Made by a program: the position numbers and the translations under genes
Source: an uncultured Gemmatimonadales bacterium
GTDB taxonomy: Bacteria; Gemmatimonadota; Gemmatimonadetes; Gemmatimonadales; GWC2-71-9
Direction of reading: 5' to 3'
Assembly: GCA_963815325.1 (NCBI GenBank)
Contig: CAWFGG010000010.1
Span: 213,631-277,630, forward strand
Length of the DNA: 64,000 nucleotides
Notes under the pieces: model-generated
What the model was told of the DNA's origin: nothing
Databases searched by the model: none
The model's input: only the letters and a program-made list of their open reading frames with translations
Shown here: piece by piece, positions 56,467-64,000 of the stretch
Layout of the letters: each line of letters begins with the position of its first letter
How positions within the stretch are numbered: position 1 is the stretch's first letter

Positions 56467-57756
56467 AGCGGCGCACCTTCCTTCACGGGACGGCCGCGGG
56501 GCTCGCCGTTACTCTCGCCGCTTGGGCGCGCCCTCGGCGTGCCGCCGCGCGAAGCCCCATGGTGGCTGGTGCCGATGGACGACGCCCAAACGGACCATCT
56601 CAAGGCCTACGGTGTCGCGTTCCGGCTCCTCGAACGCGGGGGGCAGGGCGAGTGGTTGCTCAATTACCGTGGCGGCGCCTTCCTGGTTCCAGCCGACTCC
56701 GCCACGACGCGCGATGCGCAACTGGCCGGGGTCACGCTCGAGCCGCTCGCTGAACGCGAATTGTTGGACATTCGGGCCGAAATCGCCGAGGCCAACATGG
56801 ACGCCGTCCCGCTCGAGAAGGCGCCGAAGGTGGCGGTCTACGCGCCGCCCAACGCGCCGCCATGGGACGATGCGGTGACGATGGCGCTCCAATACGCCGG
56901 GATCACTTTTGAGAAGGTGTGGGACCAGGATGTGCTGAGCGATGCTATCCGTCGCTACGATTGGCTGCATTTGCATCACGAAGATTTTACCGGCCAATAC
57001 TCCAAGTTCTTCTTGAACTATGCCGGCACGGCATGGCTCGCGGACATGGTGGATCGCAATCAACGGATGATGCGGCAGCTCGGGTTCCCGACCGTGCCGG
57101 CGCTCAAACGCGCGGTGGCCCAGGCGATCAGGGCGTATGTCGATCAGGGCGGATTCTTGTTTGCGATGTGCACGGCGACCGAAACCATCGACCTGGCCCT
57201 CGCCAGCGCCGACGTCGACATTGCGGCCAACTATGCCGACGGCAATCCGATGGACCCCAATGCGTCGGCGAAGATGGACTGGACCCAGGCCCTGGCATTT
57301 CGGGATGCACGACTGGTGCTGAGCCCGACGGTCTCGCAGTTCTCGGACATCGACGGCCACCAGGTCAACTCACCGGCGCTGCGGCAGCCGCTTGGTTCCT
57401 ACACCTTGTTCGGCTTCAGTGCCAAGATCGACCCGGTGGCCACCATGTTGGTCCAGAACCATCGTCAAGTCATTCCCGATTTTTACGGCCTGACGACCTC
57501 CTTCACGCGTCACACGCTCAAGCCGAGCCTGACCGTGCTTGCCGAGGAGGCAGGGACGCCGTGGGTCAAATACATCCACGGCGAGCAGGGTCAGGGCACG
57601 TGGACCTTCTTCGGGGGACATGACCCGGAAGACCCCCAACATCAGATCGGTGATGCACCAACCGATCTCTCGCTCCACCCGCATTCACCAGGCTATCGTC
57701 TGATCCTCAACAACGTCCTGTTCCCGGCAGCGAAGAAGCGCGAGTTGAAGACGTGA
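56463..57756 (+). CDS. Tat-exported conserved protein, class-I glutamine-amidotransferase-like (extra base near 56550)
   Basis: MKRRTFL Tat signal in one frame; LVPMD..Q.DHLKAYG, WLLNYRGG, PWDDAVT, YDWLHLHHEDFTGQY, FAMC, GGHDPED, LILNNVLFPAA in the next. Confidence 0.78.
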
Positions 57757-57777
57757 GGGGCCGCTGAAAGCGGCCCG

Positions 57778-57955
57778 GGGAGTAGGGAGCAGGAGAGCAG
57801 GGAGTGGGAAGTGCGAGTGGCGAGTCACGAAGTGAGGAGTAAGGAGTACGGGGTAAGGAGGCCCCCGCCGCTCGGAATGACAACGAACGCCGAGTCCGAC
57901 TCCCGACTCCCGACTCCCTACTCCCTCAAGCAGCCAATAGCTGATAGCCATTAGC
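57778..57955. repeat. Composite intergenic heptamer-repeat element with inverted arms
   Basis: About 12 degenerate NGGAGTR units (57778-57860), inverted CGACTCC units (57890-57926), then AGCCAAT AGCTGAT AGCCATT; 12-bp perfect IR GGGAGTAGGGAG/CTCCCTACTCCC. Confidence 0.82.
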
Positions 57956-58032
57956 ACTCGGCCTTGCAGCCTATCTCTCCCTGCACCCAGCCGATAGCCT
58001 CCCAACCCGCCTCCCCCTTACTATTCCGGGCC

Positions 58033-60558
58033 ATGTCTGCCCCCCTGCCGAGCCCGGTCCAACGAATTGCCCAGGCGGCGTGTGCCCGCCTTCGGGCGGA
58101 GATTGGTCGTGCCGGTGGCCGTGAGGTCTGTTTCGTGGCCGACCTCGACGGCGAAGGGATCATCGTCTCGGCCGATGCGGTGTCTCGGGGGACGCCCGAC
58201 ATGGTGCTCGCCCTGCCCGGTGTCGCGAGCCGGGGTCAAATGCTGCTCCACAATCATCCCACCGGAGAGCTCGAGCCGTCGCAAGCCGACCTGAGTGTTG
58301 CCGCCCGGTTGCACGAGGCCGGTATCGGGTTCGGCATCATCAATAACGACGCGTCTGAGCTGTATGTCGTAACCGAGATCCCTGTCCCACGGGTCACCAC
58401 CGCGATCGATCCCTTCGAGGTAGTGGGGACCCTTGCCGAACACGGCGCCGTCAGCCGCGTGCTCGGCCAGTTCGAAGATCGTCCGAGCCAGCGCGACATG
58501 GCGGCCTACATCGCCGACGGCTACAACGAAGGTGGGGTGCAGGTCCTGGAAGCCGGGACCGGGGTGGGGAAGTCCTTCGCCTATCTGGTTCCGGCGTTGG
58601 CATGGGCCCGGGCCAATTCCGAGCGCACGGTCATCAGCACCAACACCATCAACCTGCAGGAGCAATTGGTCGGAAAAGATCTGCCCCTGCTGAAGGAGGC
58701 GCTCGAGTGCGCCGACTACACGCCCACCTTTGCGTTGCTCAAGGGATGGCGCAACTACCTCTGTCTGGCGCGGCTGGAGCAGGCGGCGTCAGCGCAACAA
58801 ACGCTGCTCGAGCCGGAGCGGCTCGATGAACTCCTGACCGTGGTCGAATGGGCAGGGCACACGGCAGACGGCACGCTCAGCGACTTGCCGTTCACCCCGG
58901 CAATGGAAGTATGGGACGAGGTCAGCGCGGAGTCCGATCTGTGCACCCGTCTCAAGTGCTCGTGGTATCAGAAGTGTTTCCTCTTTCAGGCGCGTCAGCG
59001 AGCTGCGGAAGCCGATGTGGTGGTAGTGAATCACCATCTCTTCGCGGCTGATCTTTCGGTGCGTCTGGCTCAGGACAACTGGCTGGACGCGGCCGTGTTG
59101 CCACCCTACCGCCGGCTCATTCTCGACGAAGCCCATCATCTCGAGGACGTCGCGGCCGAGCATCTCGGGACCCAGGTCACGAGTTGGGGGGTGCGGCGGT
59201 TACTCGGCCGATTCGAGCGGAATGGAAAGGGGCTGGCGCCGGCGCTCGCCCAGGAATTGGCTGCGCGCGACGATCTCCTGAGTCGGGCCAGCCTGGACCT
59301 CCTCAGGGAACGCCTCATCCCGGCCCTCTCCACCGCCCGGCGGATGGCCGACGCGCTGTTCGCTCGATTGCAAGGACACTTGTCGAATGTGTCGGGCCGG
59401 ACGCTCCGACTGGCCGACGAATTCCAGGCCGACGAGATCTGGGCCCAAGGTCTGGCCGTCGAATTGGACGGCGCGGTCGGCGCCTTTCGGCAGATCAAGG
59501 ACCTGGTCGAAACAATCGCGGACCGCCTCGCCCAAGGCGAGGAGTCGGAGCGGCAGCAACAGTTGCTCAAGGAACTGCGCGGACTCTACCGCCGGCTCGA
59601 GAGCCAGGAGGACGGACTCAATCGCACGCTCCGTCCGGTGCCGGGCGGCGACCCGGTGGTGCGCTGGATGGAGCGGTGGGGGCAGCGTGGCCAACACGTA
59701 CGGCTGGCGACTGTCCCGCTCGATCTCGCCCCGATCCTGCGCGAGCTCATCTTCGACCGGCTGGAAACGGTCGTCCTCACGAGCGCCACCCTTGCCGCGG
59801 GCGGTGACTTCGATTTCCTGGAACGCCGGCTGGGCCTGGCCGAGGCCCCGTCGCCGGTCACCGTGCGGGAAATACTGCCGTCGCCGTTCGACTTCACCGG
59901 CCAATGCCTGTTCGGCATCCCCAACGACATGCCGGACCCGCGTGCGGATGAATCGGGTCATGATGCCGCCACCGCGGAGATCGTCGCGCAACTAGCCGCG
60001 GCCTCCGATGGCGGCATGTTCGTGCTGTTTACCAGTCACGCCGCGCTGCGACGCGTGGGCGACCTGCTTCGCGCTTCCCTGCCGGTCGAATGGCCCCTGC
60101 TGGTGCAGGGCGAAGCGCCCCGGGACGCGCTGCTCCGTCGCTTTCGCGAGGCGGGGAACGCCATCCTCCTCGGCACCGATTCGTTCTGGGAAGGTGTGGA
60201 CGTGCCGGGTCGGGCCCTTCGGGCCCTGGTGCTCACCAAGCTGCCGTTCAAGGTGCCCTCCGACCCGGTCACCTCGGCACGCCTCGAACGCATCAGCGAA
60301 GAGGGCGGTGACGGGTTCTGGCAGTACCTGGTGCCGCACGCGGCCTTGAAACTGAAGCAAGGGTTCGGTCGGCTCATTCGCTCTCGGCAGGACGTGGGAG
60401 TGGTGCTGCTGCTCGACCCGCGGATCCTCACGAAACGCTACGGCAGCGTTATCCGGTCGGGACTCCCGCCGGCGACCGAGATCGTCGGAACTTGGCGTGA
60501 GGTGCTAATTGCGTGTGAGGACTTCTTTGCCCGGCACGGAATAGGAGCCACGTGGTGA
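58033..60558 (+). CDS. DinG-family Fe-S helicase with N-terminal JAB/MPN domain
   Basis: E...HNHPTG..EPS.AD; RPSQ, EAGTGVGKS, four Cys (YLC..LC....C.....C), DEAH, TSATL, FWEGVDVPG, QGFGRLIR. Confidence 0.92.
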   Translation: MSAPLPSPVQRIAQAACARLRAEIGRAGGREVCFVADLDGEGIIVSADAVSRGTPDMVLALPGVASRGQMLLHNHPTGELEPSQADLSVAARLHEAGIGFGIINNDASELYVVTEIPVPRVTTAIDPFEVVGTLAEHGAVSRVLGQFEDRPSQRDMAAYIADGYNEGGVQVLEAGTGVGKSFAYLVPALAWARANSERTVISTNTINLQEQLVGKDLPLLKEALECADYTPTFALLKGWRNYLCLARLEQAASAQQTLLEPERLDELLTVVEWAGHTADGTLSDLPFTPAMEVWDEVSAESDLCTRLKCSWYQKCFLFQARQRAAEADVVVVNHHLFAADLSVRLAQDNWLDAAVLPPYRRLILDEAHHLEDVAAEHLGTQVTSWGVRRLLGRFERNGKGLAPALAQELAARDDLLSRASLDLLRERLIPALSTARRMADALFARLQGHLSNVSGRTLRLADEFQADEIWAQGLAVELDGAVGAFRQIKDLVETIADRLAQGEESERQQQLLKELRGLYRRLESQEDGLNRTLRPVPGGDPVVRWMERWGQRGQHVRLATVPLDLAPILRELIFDRLETVVLTSATLAAGGDFDFLERRLGLAEAPSPVTVREILPSPFDFTGQCLFGIPNDMPDPRADESGHDAATAEIVAQLAAASDGGMFVLFTSHAALRRVGDLLRASLPVEWPLLVQGEAPRDALLRRFREAGNAILLGTDSFWEGVDVPGRALRALVLTKLPFKVPSDPVTSARLERISEEGGDGFWQYLVPHAALKLKQGFGRLIRSRQDVGVVLLLDPRILTKRYGSVIRSGLPPATEIVGTWREVLIACEDFFARHGIGATW

Positions 60559-61181
60559 CCCTCGTGCATCCGTCGAAGATCGTGTGCGTCGGCCGGAACT
60601 ATCCGGCCCATGCCGCCGAGTTGGGGAACGAGGTTCCCGAGCGGCCGCTCCTCTTCCTGAAACCCCCGAGTGCGCTCGTAGGGAACGGCGAGCCAATAGT
60701 GATTCCGACCCAATCAGCCAGGGTCGATCACGAAGCCGAAATCGGCGTGATCATCGAGCGCCGGGTTCGACGAGCCACCTCGGACGAAGCGGCCGCTGCC
60801 ATCGGATTGTACGTTTGCCTCAACGACGTGACCGCTCGCGACCTCCAGCGGCCCGATGGGCAATGGACCCGAGCCAAGGGATTCGACACGTTCTGTCCCG
60901 TCAGCGATCCGGTCCGGCCGGCGACTGATTGGCAAGAACTCGAGGTGGTGTGCCGGGTCAATGGGCAGGAGCGTCAACGGGGGAGGGCGGCCGACATGCA
61001 CTTCGCCATTCCGGAGCTGATCGCGTATATCAGTGGCATCATGACGCTCGAGCCCGGTGATCTCGTGGCTACTGGCACACCCGCCGGCGTCGGGCCGCTG
61101 GTGGCCGGCGATGTGGTGGAAGTGGAAATCCCGGGCGTGGGACTCTTGACCAACCCGGTCGAGGCGGAGACGATCGCATGA
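60552..61181 (+). CDS. Fumarylacetoacetate hydrolase-family protein
   Basis: KIVCVGRNY, FLKP, HEAE, NDVTARDLQ, KGFDTFCP, TGTPAGVG. Confidence 0.94.
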   Translation: MVTLVHPSKIVCVGRNYPAHAAELGNEVPERPLLFLKPPSALVGNGEPIVIPTQSARVDHEAEIGVIIERRVRRATSDEAAAAIGLYVCLNDVTARDLQRPDGQWTRAKGFDTFCPVSDPVRPATDWQELEVVCRVNGQERQRGRAADMHFAIPELIAYISGIMTLEPGDLVATGTPAGVGPLVAGDVVEVEIPGVGLLTNPVEAETIA

Positions 61182-62375
61182 AGCGACACAATACCCGACT
61201 CCTGTCGTTGCCGGGCTATCCGCTGGCGGAGCTGCCGGGGATCAAACGGCGTCTGATCCAGGAGGGAAGGGACGTGATCGATCTGGGCGCCGGCGACAAC
61301 GACATGCCGCCGCCCGCCGAGGTCGTGGCAGCGATGCAGGAGGCCGTCACCGACCCCGCCATGAGCAAGTACGGATTCCAGCAAGGGCTGCCCGAGTTTC
61401 GCCAGTCGGCCGTCCGATATCTCGAGCGGCGCTTCGGGATCGCGATCGATCCGGTCGCGGAGCTCCTGCCCATGATCGGCTCGAAGGAGGGGATCGCCCA
61501 CCTGCCGTTCGGCCTCGTCGAGCCGGGCGACGTCGCCGTCATTCCCGAGCCCGGGTATCAGGCCTACCTGGGTGGGGCGGTGCTGGCGGGTGCCGAGCCC
61601 TACATTGTGCCGCTTCGGGCGGAGAACGGCTTCCTGCTCGAACTCGACACGCTGCCCAAGGACGTGCTCCAGCGGGCGGCCATTGCGTATCTCAACTACC
61701 CCAACAACCCGACTGCGGCCGTCGCGCCGCGTGAGTACCTCGAGCGGGCGGTCGCCACCTGCCGCCGGTACGACATCGCGCTGGTGTATGACAACGCCTA
61801 CTGCGACCTCACCTTCGACGGCTATGAGGCGCCGTGCATGCTTGGCGCTGCCGGGTGCGCGGGACGTGGCGGTCGAGTACTTCAGCCTGTCCAAGAGCTT
61901 CTCGATGACGGGCTGGCGGATCGGGTTCGTGGCCGGCAATCGGGACCTGATCGCGTGTCTCACCAAGGTGAAGACCTATGTCGACACGGGGCCGTTCCTC
62001 GCCATCCAGCGCGCCGGCTCGGTGGCACTCGACCATGCGGAGCGGTTCGTCGAACCCGTGGTGCGCACTCTCGCGGAGCGGCGGGACGCCGCGGTCGCCA
62101 GCCTGCGGGCGGCCGGGTTTGCGGTCGACCCGCCGCGTGCGACCATGTACCTGTGGATCGCGCTGCCTGCGGGAGTCCGATCCTCTGAATTTGCGCGGGT
62201 GGCGCTCGAGGAGTGCGACGTCTTGGTATTACCGGGGAGTGGATTCGGGCCGGCCGGTGAGGGGTTCTTCCGGATCGCCCTCACGGTGAGTCCTGCGCGG
62301 TTGGCCGAAGGAAGTCAGCGTTTGGGACGGGCCCTGGACCGGGTGCGAGGTGGAGCCGTTGAAACCCGCGTTTGA
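61178..62375 (+). CDS. Class I/II PLP aminotransferase, LL-DAP aminotransferase-like (extra base near 61842)
   Basis: GSKEGIAH, NYPNNPT, DNAY in frame 1; SLSKSFSMTGWRIG, PGSGFG..GEGFFRIAL in the next frame. Confidence 0.88.
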
Positions 62376-63204
62376 CTTGCGGATGCCGCGATCGCGGCGG
62401 TGGTCGCCTTGGGCCATCGGCCTGAGTGTGACGATTCACGTCGTGTTCATTCTCTTCTTCCGGGCCGAGGGCCACCTGCCGCACATCGCACGCAGGCCCA
62501 GTGCCGACATCATCGTGCTCTCCCCGCCGGAGGCGGAGCGTCGCGAAGTGCTCATGCCGTTTGGCGGAGCACCGGCGGTCCCGCCTGCCGCGGGGCGGCC
62601 GGCGGCGCGCACGGCCATCCCGGCGGAGATCCCCGAGCCCGATACCGTCGCCTACGACTTCCCGCCGGTGACCGTGACCGAGACGAGCCCCTACCGGCGT
62701 ACCCTCGGACGCATCGCTCCGAGCTTGGCTGGAGGCGGGCTCTGGGTACGCCCGCTCCCCTTGCCGCCGCAGGAACTGGCCCAGCGGATTACCCGCTCGC
62801 ATGAAGAACTGGTCGACAGCGCGGTCACGGCGATCGTGCAAGCTTTTCTGGATTCGGTCACACCCGTGCCCGGTTCGGTGGTGGCTTCACTCCCGAAATG
62901 GACGACCGAGATTGGCGGCAAGAAGTTCGGCATCGACGGGAGCAACATCTACATCGCAGGACTCAAGATTCCCACTGCCGTGCTCGCGCTCCTGCCGCTC
63001 CAGGGCGGCAACATCGATCAGTCCCGCCGCTACAACGATCTGATGGACATGCGGTCGGATATCTACAACGCCGCTCGCCGCGCGGATAATCTCGAGGAGT
63101 TCAAGCAGGTGATCGAGGAGATTCGCGAGCGGAAAGAGCGTGAGAAGGAGTTCGAGCGGAACCAACGCACGGCCCCACCGCCGGAAGAACCTCCGGTTCC
63201 GTAA
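62350..63204 (+). CDS. Hypothetical membrane-anchored Pro-rich protein with TonB-like TM motif
   Basis: WAIGLSVTIHVVFILFF (S-x3-H), Pro-rich linker, charged helical C-terminus. Confidence 0.68.
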   Translation: MEPLKPAFDLRMPRSRRWSPWAIGLSVTIHVVFILFFRAEGHLPHIARRPSADIIVLSPPEAERREVLMPFGGAPAVPPAAGRPAARTAIPAEIPEPDTVAYDFPPVTVTETSPYRRTLGRIAPSLAGGGLWVRPLPLPPQELAQRITRSHEELVDSAVTAIVQAFLDSVTPVPGSVVASLPKWTTEIGGKKFGIDGSNIYIAGLKIPTAVLALLPLQGGNIDQSRRYNDLMDMRSDIYNAARRADNLEEFKQVIEEIRERKEREKEFERNQRTAPPPEEPPVP

Positions 63205-63213
63205 GCGACCGGT

Positions 63214-64000
63214 CTAGTTGGCCTCGAGCGGCGGCAGGATCTCGCCGCCGTCGCCGATCCTCGCCGCAGTAGCCTTGAAGTCCTCGGTCGAGAGGCGCCG
63301 CACCAGCGCGATGGCCCGGCCGTCGGGGTCGGCGCGCGGTCCGGTCCGGGGTAACTGGTACAGCGGCTGGAGGCGGGCGGATCGGAAGGCGCCGTCGGGC
63401 CCCAATTCCAAATCCAAGATGGCGGTGATGCCCAGGGCTCCCGACAGATTGAACCCCCGGTAGGTGGCGAAGTTGCCCAAGGAGTACGCGATCGGGCGGC
63501 CCCGATAGAATTCGATCCCACGCAACACATGCGGGCCGTGCCCGATAACGGCATCGGCCCCGGCATCCACCACGGCGCGCGCCCACGTTCGGAGATCGCC
63601 GCGGGGCTCGCGTCCCAGGAACTCGGGGCCGTCCGGTGTGTGCACGGCGTCGGCTCCCTCGCTCCCGCCGTGGAAGGTGACGATCAGCACGTCCACCAGT
63701 GGTCGCACGCTCGCGACCAGGCCTTCGCTCGCCGTGACGTCGAGCAGGTTGTACGAATGGGGATATGTCGCGAAGCCGATGAGCCCGACCACGGTGATAC
63801 TGTCCGCTCGGTAGAGCGTGTCGATGCTCAGACGCTCCAGGGGACCGTAGGTCCGAATACCGAGCGCTTCCAACGCACGCTCGGCCATGCCCCGGCCTTC
63901 GGATCCCATGTCGTTGGCATGGTTGTTGGCCAAATTGAGGTGGGTAAACCCGGCCTCGGCCAGACGCGGCAGCAAGTGCGTCGGCGCCACGAAGGCGTAG
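63214..64000 (-). CDS. CapA (PGA_cap) family metallophosphatase, 5' truncated by window
   Basis: LANNHAND, FHGG, GADAVIGHGPHV, YSLGNF. Confidence 0.9.
   Translation of the reverse strand, partial: YAFVAPTHLLPRLAEAGFTHLNLANNHANDMGSEGRGMAERALEALGIRTYGPLERLSIDTLYRADSITVVGLIGFATYPHSYNLLDVTASEGLVASVRPLVDVLIVTFHGGSEGADAVHTPDGPEFLGREPRGDLRTWARAVVDAGADAVIGHGPHVLRGIEFYRGRPIAYSLGNFATYRGFNLSGALGITAILDLELGPDGAFRSARLQPLYQLPRTGPRADPDGRAIALVRRLSTEDFKATAARIGDGGEILPPLEAN

Noticed and set aside
56539-57756. Asparagine synthetase B label often given to this family
   Set aside because: No N-terminal Cys Ntn domain or SGGLDS PP-loop; the protein appears to be exported.
57778-57955. Repeats considered as a CRISPR array
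   Set aside because: 7-bp tandem units without unique spacers; no cas genes; the DinG is not in a type IV locus.

Overview
High-GC (roughly two-thirds G+C by eye), gene-dense bacterial chromosome segment. Gene content and order suggest Gemmatimonadota (inference). It is mostly housekeeping: rpmE-prfA-prmC-ylbF-tmk-ctpA, smc, aroF-lolA, rpsF-rpsR-DUF2232-rplI-DAK2/DegV-rsfS, ispE-tRNA-Gln-prs-rplY-pth-hppA-ychF, pdxJ, trxA, rsmI. I found no CRISPR array, rRNA, integrase or transposase. Seven single-base indels in six genes suggest an imperfectly polished long-read assembly. The most interesting parts are: (i) a putative sigma54-driven operon of an orphan prepilin, a membrane HD-GYP phosphodiesterase and a small membrane protein; (ii) two unrelated lipoprotein N-acyltransferase families (Lnb/DUF4105 and Lnt) side by side; (iii) a Crp / metallo-beta-lactamase / CsgG-TPR unit with a perfect CRP-box-like palindrome; (iv) a His-less Hpt-like protein; (v) a TonB-like anchor protein without a TonB C-domain; (vi) a JAB-DinG fusion; (vii) inverted heptamer-repeat intergenic elements; (viii) probable CTG starts in ribosomal-protein operons. 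All family calls come from motif recognition by eye; no searches were run.
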